A stretch of DNA of 64,000 nt from Octopus sinensis (taxonomy: Eukaryota), in assembly GCF_006345805.1 (NCBI RefSeq), contig NC_042998.1, positions 149,110,001 to 149,174,000 of the forward strand, given 5' to 3'. Below, in pieces: positions 15,052 to 27,671 of this stretch. A program made the translations under genes and the position numbers. Under the pieces are notes generated by a model, which saw nothing but the letters and a program-made list of their open reading frames with translations, was not told the origin of the DNA and did not search any database. Each line of letters begins with the position of its first letter. Positions within the stretch are counted from its first letter, which is position 1.

Positions 15052-15215
15052 TTTTACTTGTTTGAGTTATTTGACTGCGGCCATGCTGGACCACCGCCTT
15101 TAGTCGAGCAAATCGACCCCAGAACTTATTCTTTGTAAGCCTAGTACTTATTCTATCAACCTATTTTGCCGATCCGCTAAGTTACGGGGACGTAAACACA
15201 CCAACATTGGGGACA
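14619..15215. repeat. Inverted pair of SINE-B 3' segments (14619-14716 +, 15050-15215 -) around mirrored microsatellites
   Basis: Arms are reverse complements and share the variants GGTGGTCCAGC and CAAATAACTCAAAC. Inner palindrome at 14784-14869. Confidence 0.85.
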
Positions 15216-15520
15216 CAAACACTCCGACTGCCATATTTTCCTAAGTCTGGTGTAATATTCTTGGGTCACTCTAACTTTATTCGCAGTGCCCTCATATGAT
15301 ACATTTTCGTCTATGTCTAGGTACATATAGCATTCTTTGTGTGGAATGGGGGAAACAGAGAGACCGTTGACACACAGGGTTTCGGTTAGGGGTGGTGGTA
15401 ACTGTCCTCGTTCTATAATCAAATATGAACATTTCTTTTGGCCAAATTCCATTCCTATATCAGCTGAAAATGTTATTAATTTCAGTTGCTTTTTTGGCAT
15501 TGTTAATACTTTTAGCATAA
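15215..15520 (-). pseudogene. R4/Dong-like (RLE-clade) non-LTR retrotransposon RT/thumb remnant
   Basis: FSADIGMEFGQKKC...YMYLDIDEN...EYYTRLRKIWQSE resembles the FSxDIGMEFGxxKC / YKYLG motifs. The same motif (SDDIGMEFG) occurs at ~41310. Confidence 0.75.
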
Positions 15521-16189
15521 ACCTTCAGGTCGTCTACAAAGAAGTTTACGCTGATACTTATATTGAGTTACATTGATATTCCTAGCAGTCGATGATCCTA
15601 GTATGTAAACATTTGTTTTCTGCCGTGGGAACGATAATGGATTCAGTGCCAAAATGAAAAGGTGTATGTATGTATGTATGTATGTATGTATGTATGTATG
15701 TATGTATGTATGTATGTATGTATGTATGTGCCTTAAGGCTGTATCATGCGCGGGAACATAGAAATAATCGGACTGAATACCCGATCGCGCGGTTAAACCA
15801 TTGGGAGTGAAGGACTCCTAGCCTTTGTTAGGGCATCCTTCTTGGAGAAGGTAACTCAGGTAACTGGGATAACTCCGACATAAAATCTGCGGCTCAGTGG
15901 TTACCGATGATGTTGACTTGTTCTTCTTTTCGGATTATGGCTGCTGTTGCTTAGTGAGTGGGATTGACTCAGTGCACAGCCTTTCCTCACTTTAAAAGAA
16001 ATCTTCTTGCACAGGCATTGCACGATAACAACATTGATTAAGCTTCGTGCAATGGCCATACTCGATAACGAGGGGGCAGCCACCATGTATGTTTGTATGT
16101 ATGTATGTATGTATGTATGTATGTATGTATGTATGTATGTATGTATGCATGTATGTATGTTTGTATGTATATATGTAACACAAGGACAA

Positions 16190-16425
16190 GTGAAAAATTC
16201 TTTTCACTTTCTTTTGGAGTTCTGTAAGGTACTTCTGGTTTCCTCAGTTGGATTAGAAGCAATTGCGGCCACTTTGGTCAAGATTTCCGGTTTGAGAGCT
16301 GTGAGCTGCTGCGACCAACGTTGTTTGAATGAGATCCTTCAATCCTTCTCTGGCATATTATTTTTATAACCAGTTTTCCTCTCAGCCGCATCTAGATACG
16401 TCTTAGCTATTGTCTGAATTCCCTG
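16190..16425 (-). pseudogene. pogo/Tigger-like transposase N-terminal remnant
   Basis: YKNNMPEKD*RISFKQRWSQQLTALKPEILTKVAAIASN resembles the FxNNxPGxDW..F..R...LS.RKPE.L..ARA segment of pogo-type CENP-B HTH regions (recognition only). Confidence 0.45.
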
Positions 16426-17145
16426 TGTCCCACATGACCAAACTAAACCTAAGCAAAAGCAAGAGTGCATTGACTATATATTCTTCCTCGTTCTTCAAAG
16501 TACACCAACAAACCAGCTTCTTTCAGACTGGCTGATACCGTTGACTGGTCACTCCCGCCACACACACATAGTAGACACACCTGTATAGGCATCAAACATT
16601 CACGCTTACGCACTCATACAACTGGGACACACTCATACACACACACATAAACTCGCCGACCATGGATCCAATCTAGTGCACGTCACTTCAAAGATCAGCC
16701 AGACAGCAGAAGACTACCAGCTGGAGTCCAGCCACGTGATTCAAGAAATTGTCTCTTAATGTATCTTGGAATCGCTGAAATTTCGATACCGCTTCTAACA
16801 CCATGTGAACCGTGTTGACCAAGTTTCATGAGACCAAATCGAAACATTTTGAAAAATTACATCTGTAACTCTAATTAAATGTGTTGAGTGCCTCTTCCTT
16901 TCGTTTGCTCTGTGTATGTATGTATGTATGTATGTATGTATGTATGTATGTATGTATGTATGTATGTATGTATGCGTGTGTGTTTGTGTGTGTGTATGTA
17001 TATATGTTTAAGTAGGTATATATATATATATATATATATAGGTGTGTGTTTATGTGTGTGTGTGTTTGTGTGTGTGTTTGTGAGTGTGTTTGTGTGTGTG
17101 TGTTCGTGTCTGCGTGTCTGTGTGAAGGTGTGTGTAATGCCTTCA

Positions 17146-17547
17146 TATTTCTTTACTGCCCACAAGGGGCTACACACAGAGGGGACAAACAAGGACAGAC
17201 ATACGGATTAAGTCGATTATATCGACTCCAGTGCGTAACTGGTACTTATTTAATCGACCCCGAAAAGATGAAAGGTGAAGTCGACCTCGGCGGAATATGA
17301 ACTCAGAACGTAGCGGCAGACGAAATATCTATTTCTTTATTACCCACAAGGGGCTAAACAAGGACTGACATAGGTATTAAGTCGATTATATCGACCCCAG
17401 TGCGTAACTGGTACTTAATTTATCGACCCCGAAAGGATGAAAGGCAAAGTCGACCTCGGCGGAATTTGAACTCAGAACGTAACGACAGACGAAATACGGC
17501 TACGCATTTCGCCCGGCGTGCTACCATTTCTGCCAGCCCGCCGCCTT
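17146..17547 (-). mobile_element. SINE family A head-to-tail dimer
   Basis: Full unit ~17331-17547 followed, in element orientation, by a second unit that starts upstream of the B-box (17146-17330). Confidence 0.85.
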
Positions 17548-18039
17548 TTAGGTGTGTGTAATCCTTTCAACGTTCAATATTCCATCATCCCATTCATTGG
17601 CCATACTATTCTCGTCCTTCTAATTTCTGACCCTCTTTGTCTTTGTCTGTCTCTCCTTGTATACACCTACCTACCTACCTACATACATACATACATACAT
17701 ACATACATACATACATACATACATACTTACCTACCTACCTACCTACCTACCTATCTTCCTACCTACCGACCGACCGACCGACCGACCGGCGACCGCCTAC
17801 CTGATTGCCTGCCTGCCAGTCTATCTATCTGTCTGCGTGTCTGTGCGCTTGTGTTTATTTTCATATCTATCTAATACTCCAAACTAGAAAAAAGTCATAT
17901 TTTTAACTAACGTTTTTCGCAGCCTCTGATAGAATACATCATCATCGTTAATATCATTATTATTCTTATAATGGAGCCGTTATTATTATTATCATTATTA
18001 TTAGTATCATTATTATTATTATTATTATCATTATTATTA

Positions 18040-18103
<64 letters not shown>

Positions 18104-18529
18104 TGTTGTTGTTATTACTGGATTTACTCTAGCACATACTTCAACCCATGTGGCAAACAGGCGTCCATTATTGAGCTGTGCTGAAAATTTTAAATTTGGT
18201 TCTGACACGGACAAGAGAGAGGGAAAGGGGGGGGAGAAGACGGAGAAAAAGAGACAGAGAGTGAGAGAGAGGAAGGATGAACGAGAGAGCGTGGCGGTGG
18301 TTGGTGGTGGGAGGGAGAGAAGAGCAGAAAAGAAAGAAATGAGCGAAAGCTTTTGTAATCTTCAAACTTGAAATCCTGAAGAAAGACGGAATGGAAATCC
18401 TTTTGCGTCGCATTTCTTACATGATTTGAATAAAGAATCATTAATTAGCCATGGAGCCTTGGAGCAGAGTTTTCTTTCCAAACCCATCATGTACATGCAT
18501 ACATACGCACGCACACACACACACACACG

Positions 18530-18567
<38 letters not shown>

Positions 18568-20480
18568 TACATATATAAATACATATGATATACATACGTA
18601 TAAATATATGTACGTTTATGTAAATATGTGTATATATTATATATACATATATATGTATGCATATACACACACTTGCACACACACACATATATATATACAT
18701 CCATATAGATGTATGCATGTATGTATGTATATATGTATGTGTGTGTGTATGTATATATATGTGTATATGTATAATTAAATCGTTTATATTTTGTTATATT
18801 CGTGAGAGGGTTTAGTTGTTATGTCTTCTTTTGTGTGTTTATGCGAGTGTGTATGCGTGTGTATGTGTGTGTGTGTGTGTGTGCGCGCGCGCGTGGATAG
18901 TTTCTCTTCCCGCTGAAATTATTAGAATTTTTGGTAAGACACGTCTAGTCGTCTGACGGAACTATTTCATAATTGATGTTATGCCATTGAAAACTGGTGA
19001 GACATTAAGGACCGCCAAACACTAAGAAATATCAAATGTTTTAAAAAGAAAAGGAGAGAGAGGGGGGAGGGAGAAAGTAAAAGAGAGAATGAAAGAGGGA
19101 GAATGTGAAGGAAAGAGATTCTATTTTTCTTAAAATGTTTTGAAGATATAAAATATTTCCATAATATTTTGATAAATAAGTAAAAGATTCCAACCCTAAA
19201 TATTCCAGATTTTATTAAGAACAAACAAAATAACGAAAACAAAACAAAAATATACAAACAAAAGAATTTAGTTTACAAAAAGTTCTTTATTGTAAAAATA
19301 AACAGAATTTAACAGCCTTACTATTCCAGTTTCTGAGAATCGAACATTATAATTACCTAAAGAGACCCTAGATATTTTCTGGTCATAAAGTGGGGATAAC
19401 ACAAGGTTTAAGGCATTGTAATATTGAGTAAAGTATCTGAGAGATTCCAAAGAATATGGAAAAATTCATAGTAAAATATGAGTCAACAATTGTACTCACA
19501 GAAAAATGTACGGGACGCTAGTTAAAGGATAAGGTTTGCACGGAAATAGAAACCACAACGAAATAGATTTACTAGAGTAGACTACCACCTCGATTTCGAG
19601 GTATTATTGTATCATTATTGTTTCAAGAAATAGTCCACTTCCCGGTTTTTTATTTGATCTGAGACAGGATTGGAAATAGGAACGCAATAGTCCAAGACAA
19701 CAAGAGAAACCGAAATCAGTGAACAACGAAACGATGTATTTGTGAATCATTAAGCCGTGTTTGATGCAGTGAATCATCCCAGCCAATAATAACGACTAGT
19801 TTGTTATTACCTGTTGGCTGATAACGTAGACTAGATGAATTGATATTCAAGTTTTGTCATGGACATGGATGAACACAGAAGCAGCAAGGTAGGAATCCTA
19901 CAACACAAATGGTTGCTATTCGATAGCAATATACTCGCGATTCCACAGTATTGGAGATAAAGTAGCCATAGCTATGTCGTATAAAAACTTAACTGAAATT
20001 ACTTTTTTTCATAGAAAGTCAGTTATTCGAGGTCTGATTTCGTTTAAGTTATCTCTTAGAAAAACTGAGAAACTAACAAGGATGTACTCTCTTCAATCTC
20101 ACTGCATGTCATCCCAGGGAGGATAAAGTCAAAGAGTGTGACATGGGAGCATTTTATCAGCCTAACAGGGATTCGAGCTCAGAATAAAGAGGTGCACCCA
20201 ACCGGCCATTTTTCTGTTTGCTGTTGGTGCTCTCATTTATGGATGAAGCAATTGAAGTCCTTTTCGTGACAACTAACATTGATGTGGGTGATATTTGTGG
20301 TTGTCGACTTTTTAATGTTCCCTTTGTCTTGTTTGTTTTCTTCCTCATCAGTCACTGCAGGGAGTCGCTCAATAAGAACAAGAGATTTACCCAACACCGT
20401 CCATCGCTGTAAAGGATGTTCTTACTTTAATAGGATTTTTTTATTTACTTCAAGTCATCCCTGATCGAACAAATCTATTA

Positions 20481-23107
20481 CACTAGGGAACATGGTTCTG
20501 GCTGTCAGGGTGTTGGAGACATGTTTCCTAGTAATTTTGGTTTGCTGATTTCAAAAATGTAATCCATTTTGCTCTATCACATCAAGATTTTTAACAAACT
20601 CAAACGTTCATTTCCGGTATTTTCATCATTTCTAAAGACAGATTTGCCTTCATCAAATGCAGACCTGTGAATGGAGCTTGACATAACTTTGGAAACAGTT
20701 TTTCAATTTCATTTAAAGTAAATGGAACTACAAAAGTAAAAACAAAAGTCATGTTTTAAATATCTTTAGAAAACTTCAAACACGAGCAACTTACACTATT
20801 TTCAATTTCACCGATTTCAAATGTCAAGATTATGACAGTACTGTCCATTATACAATTTGATGTTACTAAACAACTCATTTCTGTGGTCCTTGAAATTATA
20901 TATGTCTCATATTTGTTGCCAACGCTGCGCTTAATTTAGTGTATCTATCATTGCAAACCAGATGAGACATGTTTTGTTGCACCTTTAACTATTTCGTATG
21001 AAAACTGTTATTTTTTATGCATTTTTAATGTTCTAACTGTAAGGCTACATGGGTCAAAGTCACTTTTAATCAAGTATGGTCAAAGAACTGCAGTAAAAAG
21101 CTTCATGGGATGCATGCTCTTTATAGAACTTAGCCATCACAAACCTGTATTTGCTTACTTTATTATTACTGACAATTCTAAGAATGCTTTTTCCAGGTGA
21201 CAACAGTCTTGAATATATGTTTTGTATTCCCGAAATATGGCCAGTTGTGAGAGGAGAAAATGTCAAAAACAGTTCCGGTGCCTTCTGCTATATTTGCGGA
21301 TGTTGTACTTTACATAGGCAGCGAAAGAAAAAACTTTGTTTGTGTGAAGAACGCTTACTTTACTTAGTTTAGAATGAAACTCGGTGATCAAGTCAAAGCC
21401 TGCGCACCTCATTTCGTGCGTAATACATGTGTTGAAACACTGAGACAGTAGACAAAAAGCCAAAGAAATCACCCAAGCTTTCGCATTCCTATGATGTAGA
21501 GGGAAGCACAAAATCATCATGACGACTGTTACTTTTGCATAATTGATATATCAGGCTTCAGTTCTAAGACTAAGTATCACATCATTTATTCAAATCCGGC
21601 ATCTGCTATTCGACCTGCACAATACTTGGATCATTTGCTGTCACCAGACTTGATGTCCTTTGTTGGTGATTGTGATGATGAGAATGAAGAGATAGAGTAT
21701 GATAACATAGAAGGCGAGAACAATGAGGGTGAGAAGGCTCTGGCCAAACTTTTCAAAATAGGCAGAGTTAAATGATTTAGCTAAGGATTCAGGTTTATCA
21801 GAGAAAGCTACACAACTGCTTAGATCACGTTTAAAATAAAAGAATCTGCTTGCATCGTGAATCTAGTCCGCCTTTCATCGGCATCGAGAGAATTATTTAC
21901 TTAGTCTTTAGCATGCATGATGATTTTGTTTATTACAATGATGTTAAATGCCTCATGGCCGCAATAGTTTGTGAACACATTCCAAAAGACAGGAGGCTTT
22001 TCGTAGACAGCTCAAAAACTAGTCTTAAATGTCCACTGCTGCATAATGGCAATGAGTTTACTTCTATATTGATTGAACATTCTGTAACATTACAGGAAAA
22101 CTATGGCTGTATGAAAATACTTCTCTAAACGATGAGGTATGAGGAGTACAACCAGACTGTATGTGGACTGCCTCTTGGTTTACAAGATGGTTTTACTAAG
22201 CATCTTTGCCTTTTCAGTCTACAGTCGAACCATAAGTGATCAATGGATACGAAAGACATAGCCAAACAGAAAGGAAGTCAAGATTGGGAAGTAGAATGTT
22301 TTAAACAGGTCGTTGGCTAATCACAGGAAGGTTTTGCTTCCCCCTTCACTTATCAAGTTGGGCTGACTAGGTAGTTTGTGAAAGCCTTGGACAAGGATTG
22401 CAATGTTTCCAGCTTTATGTGGTGAGAAAATTAAGCTTGCTGTGTTTGACAGGCCACAAATTAGGTCGCTATTGCAGGATGAACAGTTTTGGGAGACAAT
22501 GTTTGGCATTGAAAAAGAAGCGTGGAATACTTTTCGGTGATTTGTCTGATTTCCTGGGAAACAGGAAGTCATCAAATCATGAAGAACTTTTGCAGACCCT
22601 GTTTCCAGTATTGGACTGCGACATGTGCATTTCCGGCACAATCATCTGGACTGCTTCGCTGAAAGTCTTGGTGTAATGAGTGATGAGTAAAGAGGAAGAT
22701 TCCACCAAGACACCAAGGCCAAGGGGACCTGATATCAAGGCAGGTGGAACGCAAAAATTAATGGCTGACTACTGCAAAGTGATTGTCGCGATGCAAGTTA
22801 TTCATACAAAGCGACAAAGAGAAATTTCATTCCTTGAGTAGCTGAAACTCCAGCTTGACAGAAATATCTATCCTAAAGTTTTGTTAAACAATAAAAAGTA
22901 CTGCTTGATTTATGATAGTTTCTTATTGCATTTAATGACTAAATTGACCTTTCTAGGTAAAAGATGAATTGCAGTTTAACAAAAAAAAAAAAATTAAAGT
23001 GATTGAACATTTTTGAGGGCCTTTCTGAACTAAGCCTCATCAAATTAGGTAGGACTAACTATAAAATGCAAGGCAGCAAAGTATTTTCTCGAAAATGTTC
23101 CCCAGTG
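20481..23107 (+). mobile_element. Full-length Chapaev3-type (CMC superfamily) DNA transposon; transposase pseudogene ~21255-22840
   Basis: TIR CACTAGGGAACAT / ATGTTCCCCAGTG (12/13), TTA duplicated at 20478-20480 and 23108-23110. Motifs FCYICG, KLGDQ..APH, NHHDDCYFC, LFVDSSKTSLK..LHNGN, GRFHQD and MADYC. Many stops and frameshifts. Confidence 0.85.
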
Positions 23108-23157
23108 TTACCAAAGGAATCCAGCCATGATCATCACATCATACATATATGTTAAAG

Positions 23158-23200
<43 letters not shown>

Positions 23201-23880
23201 CCTCTCTCTCTCTCTCTCTCTGTTGTCAATGGAACCAGCAATTCTACATGATTCTTTTTATACTAATCCAATGTTTCCCTGCCATCTTGTTAGCTCTGTA
23301 CGATGTCTCTCGGTCAATGTTGCAATGGTCACTTGATCTTTGGAAAGTCCAGATTCAAAGAGCTTCCAATATTTCTCCTCGTGCTTAATTTCAAGCATCG
23401 GCAGTGGAATTCACCTCAAGATTTTGGTAATAGTTTAAAGAAATTCTTCATCATTCCGAAGAATTTTACTGCCTTGTATTGCCGCGAAATCTCGCAGTTT
23501 TCTCATTCCACCTTGAACTTGCAATCTTCTGGCATCAATAGTAACAAGATTATACTATCTTTCAGAAAATTTATCTTCCTGAAGATGTACGTTGAATTCT
23601 AAATCAATTTGCTCTTCGACTATGACTCAGAATATACAGAAAGAATTTAGTATTGGTTTCTATCACTCTCTTGCGACAGTTTGACTTCATTTGAAACCAG
23701 ATTAGTTCTACTTTCAAAGTTCCAACAAACGTTACTTCTCACACAACTTCAGCCTATCATATATGACTACATTATGTCATTACCAGTTTAGTATCAGGGC
23801 TACTATTCTCTGATTAAAATGTACAATGAAAGGCAATCGAACTATGACTGTACCGTTAATTTGCCAAGCTAGTATGTGTC

Positions 23881-23933
<53 letters not shown>

Positions 23934-24284
23934 AACTTCCTGTGAATAAAGTTTTACTTTAGTAACCTACGTTAATTCGTTTACCTTTATTTAAGTTTTC
24001 TCCGTTAACATAGGTTTGACCTTAGATATTTATGTTAATATTTTGTTTTCTTTACATAGAGCTTCTTGATAAATTATTTTCTTAACATCCAGACCTCGCC
24101 CCCTAACTGCACCCTCTTGTTAATAATTTGTAGTATTCTCTAGTCCTTTAATAGCTCACTCTCTCATCTACGCTCTTTGAGCTCTAATGGTAAATTAACA
24201 TATTGGGCTTCTAGACTGTTTGTCTATGCCATGTTTTCTTTCCTTTTCCTTCTTCCTTTTGTTTATATTGTATGCTCTTGTTTT

Positions 24285-24398
24285 TCACTGATGAAGATCT
24301 GTTGCCTTAATTTGAATGCTCTATGAAGATGAAGAATTTTATTCTCGCATTTATGTGTAGACTGCATTCTGGTATTTTGATCACAAACAGCTGTTAGA
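24285..24398 (+). ncRNA. Degenerate long-stem-II hammerhead-like motif within a Penelope pLTR-like segment (~23940-24480)
   Basis: CTGATGA 24288-24294, GATC/GATC stem II base, internal GAATGC/GCATTC pairing, palindromic ACAGCTGT stem III. GAAA is corrupted (ACAAA). Confidence 0.4.
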
Positions 24399-25039
24399 TT
24401 TGTATTGACTTGCATTGTATAAATAAATACGCTTTAAAATGTAGTCCTATCGATGTGCTGGTTAATCTATGTTTTTCTCCATTTTCTAATTATTTGCATT
24501 GGTTCCTGATTAACTTTTGTTTATCCTGTTGTTACCTGCGCTTGATGTATATGGTGTCCCTGCACACCATTGCTCGGGGTTGATACAGGTAACGGATACT
24601 GATAGTATATACGGATATTTTATCCCTTAGTCGGTTACTACAACCGCTAACTCTATTATGATAGAGGGTACACGAAGAACTACCATGTTAGATATAAGAG
24701 TTAAAAACCTCAAATAAGCCACCAATCACACTGAAAAACAGAAGGGACCAGCAGAAATCGGACAAATGAGCAAAAGTTTAAGAAACTCAGCTTAAAGCTG
24801 TAAAATAAGGTAATTGATATACCTGTATCATGATTTCGAATTCTGGGCTAAGCTTCAACCGAAATTCAGGATGCCCCTGTCGACTGCACGAGGTGCAAGT
24901 CACCCGGTTTGGATGGTCTACCCTACGAGCTTTAACTAAATATACCAGACTTGTTCTCCGATCGCGAAGCGCTCTACTGCAACTGGCAACAGAAGGGGAA
25001 TATTCCCAGTTCTGTACCTCGGGACATAGTGACGCTGAT

Positions 25040-26190
25040 AAAAAAGACGAAATCAAGAGGAACACATTAGATAATTTCAGGCCCATAACTCTGGTCAACA
25101 CATAGTTTATGATTTCGGCCAAGGTGTTTGGGAAGAGCTTGGCGCTTGTCGTCGAAGATTTGGTTGGGGAGGCGCAAACCTGCGCAATCCCGACCAAGTC
25201 CATACACGACAACTTCCACCTCATGCGACACATCATAAAATGGGTAGAGTGTAAACATGACTTCGGTGGGGCTCTGATCAATTTTGATCAATCGAAAGCA
25301 TTCGATAGGGTCGACCATCGGTACCTGGAGGCTGTCCTCAAGGCAGTTGGTTTTGGCCCCGTCTTCAGAGGTTGGATCGCTGCAATGCACAGTGGCATCT
25401 GCTCGGTGGTTAATGGCCACCCTCGGAACCGTTTCAGTTCTCCCGATCGGTCTGTCAAGCGTGCCCTCTCTCCTCCCTTCTGTACGTATTAACACTTGAG
25501 CCTTTACCGTGGAAGCTGGAGCTGCTGCAGGGGCATCAGGCTTGAACGGGACGCGGAAGGGCTTATCGGGACGACATCATCGGGATGGTTCGCACCTCAC
25601 CAAGTTGGAGTATCTCCTCTTCAAATTCTTGGGGAAGGGACAGGTTCCGTTGGTACGGCGGTCCATTTACAACCAGCACCCTCTACATGATGCATAGGCA
25701 TGCTCTGAGGCAGCAGCATCTCCGGATAATTTGCCTAAACAGAGAACAGGTGTGGTCGCCGTTTGTCAAACAGGACTTTCCCCAGCTCGTCTCCTTAACT
25801 GAATTGCAGTCCTGGGTCTAGAAGAGACCCAGACAGGGTGAGCGGCATCTGGAATGTTGCCAGAGTGGATAGTGAGTCACTATCCACTCTTCAATTTTAT
25901 ATAGAGTTAGTGGTGGAAAAGTGCGATGACGTACTCGGAGAGACTCTGGATATAGACGAAGCCTGGGATGATAGATAACTTCCAGAAATCCCTCGCTTGG
26001 CATTGCTACCGAGGGTCACTGCCGGTTGGAAATGCTGTCAGACAGACCTGCTCGAGATGCACGCAGAGCAACGAAACCGTTCTGCACACGCTCGCCCAGT
26101 GTCCATGCATTATAACATGTGGAGTTATGTCGAACAGTTATTGCCTCGTGTAGGACGGATCTGGTTATCGGCCGAGTCTGTAGCGAAGAT
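25040..26190 (+). pseudogene. Tx1/L1-clade LINE ORF2 remnant (RT plus zf-RVT), internally deleted
   Basis: DNFRPITLVNT, QTCAIPTKSIHDNFHLMR, FDQSKAFDRVDHRYL and LAWHCYRGSLPV...CSRC...ETVLHTLAQCP. Confidence 0.85.
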
Positions 26191-26442
26191 TGACTCGCTG
26201 CTTTCCGTTACGCGTAGAATAGTTCCGCGCCAAATTCAAAACAATTTCAGTGCATAACATGTTTTTCCGTGTGATTGATGGCTTATTTGAGGTTTTTATC
26301 TCTAATATATTGCGAGCTGGTACTTCGTGTATCTTCCATTAGATTTATATTTTTATTGAATAGTAATTTAATTCTATAATACTTGCTGGCCACTAATATT
26401 ATTGTTGTTGTTGTTATTATCAATTATTTATATTTACTACTG

Positions 26443-26514
<72 letters not shown>

Positions 26515-26515
<1 letters not shown>

Positions 26516-26976
26516 GATGGGCTACAGCAAATATTCTGCTCAATACCACAGATTTGCTTGTCAGTTATTTGATCTTAACCAGTTGACCTTGTCCCTTAGT
26601 GGCTGACGATATGTGCATCTCTGATCACGAGCAGAAGTAGTGGGGGAGCATCATAGCCATGTGTTGAGAGGAATTCTTTGGGGTTTGGATAATTCACTTT
26701 CGGAAACATGAGTGTTTCGTTCAACATCCTTTAACAATCCTTATTCAGGGACCTTTTGAGTGGGATGGGCTACTTGACCTGAAGAAAATTCTAATTGGGC
26801 CCCACCTGCAAGGTCATGCACTGTTAATCTTGATATGAGTTCACCATGTCACGCACATATGGTCGTGATGCATGTGCCTAGTGTACCCTTATCAAACAGG
26901 TAGTCATGATGGGTATACTGGGTTTCGTACGTTTTGCCCCAGTGCCACTTTGTTGGCATGCACTCATCTCTGACTC
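26515..26976 (+). mobile_element. 5'-truncated copy of a ~555-bp non-coding element embedded in (AAT)n
   Basis: Colinear with 43081-43504 and 43586-44177. (AAT)n on both sides. Strand inferred from truncation polarity. Confidence 0.75.
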
Positions 26977-26995
26977 AATAATAATAATAATAATA

Positions 26996-27051
<56 letters not shown>

Positions 27052-27604
27052 TCTATGTGAATATTCATTTGAATATTTACTCATTTTTTATGTATGTATG
27101 TATAGTGTGTATGTATGTACGCATGTATGCTTGTTTTGACAACTGGTGCTGGTTTGTTTACATCTTCGTAACTTAGTACAGTCTTTAAATAGTGAAGTCG
27201 ATTTAACCGACTAAGGCTAGTGATATGCAGATGTTTCAAAATCTGCCCTCTCTGAAACAACTCACATTCTTAGAAAGGTACTTTCTGTCAAAGGTATTTT
27301 ATTAAGGTGTCACTGTTATCATGAAAAAGAAAACCAAAATAAAATAGCATTTTATATCCATATGTGCAATACAGAAACAATATAATCCAGCGTTTGGAAA
27401 CAAGAAGAAATATTGGAAACAAGAAGAAAGATGTTGAGTTGAAAAATATGCCATAAAGCCCTTGATAAGAGACCAAAATGAAAACGTGAAATTCAATTTT
27501 ACATGCCAAACACACCATACAAAGGATATATTTCCATTTATTTTTTCTATTGTAAACACGATTAGAATCTATAATCTCTTTCTCTCTCTCGTTCTCCCAC
27601 TTTC

Positions 27605-27671
<67 letters not shown>

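Noticed and set aside
20150-20410. Minus-strand QRWTVLGKSLVLIERLPAV as a hAT TRW motif
   Set aside because: A single short motif with no other supporting transposase blocks.
23258-23599. 114-codon minus frame with three internal stops
   Set aside because: Looks protein-like, but three stops in 114 codons is weak evidence and no family was recognised.
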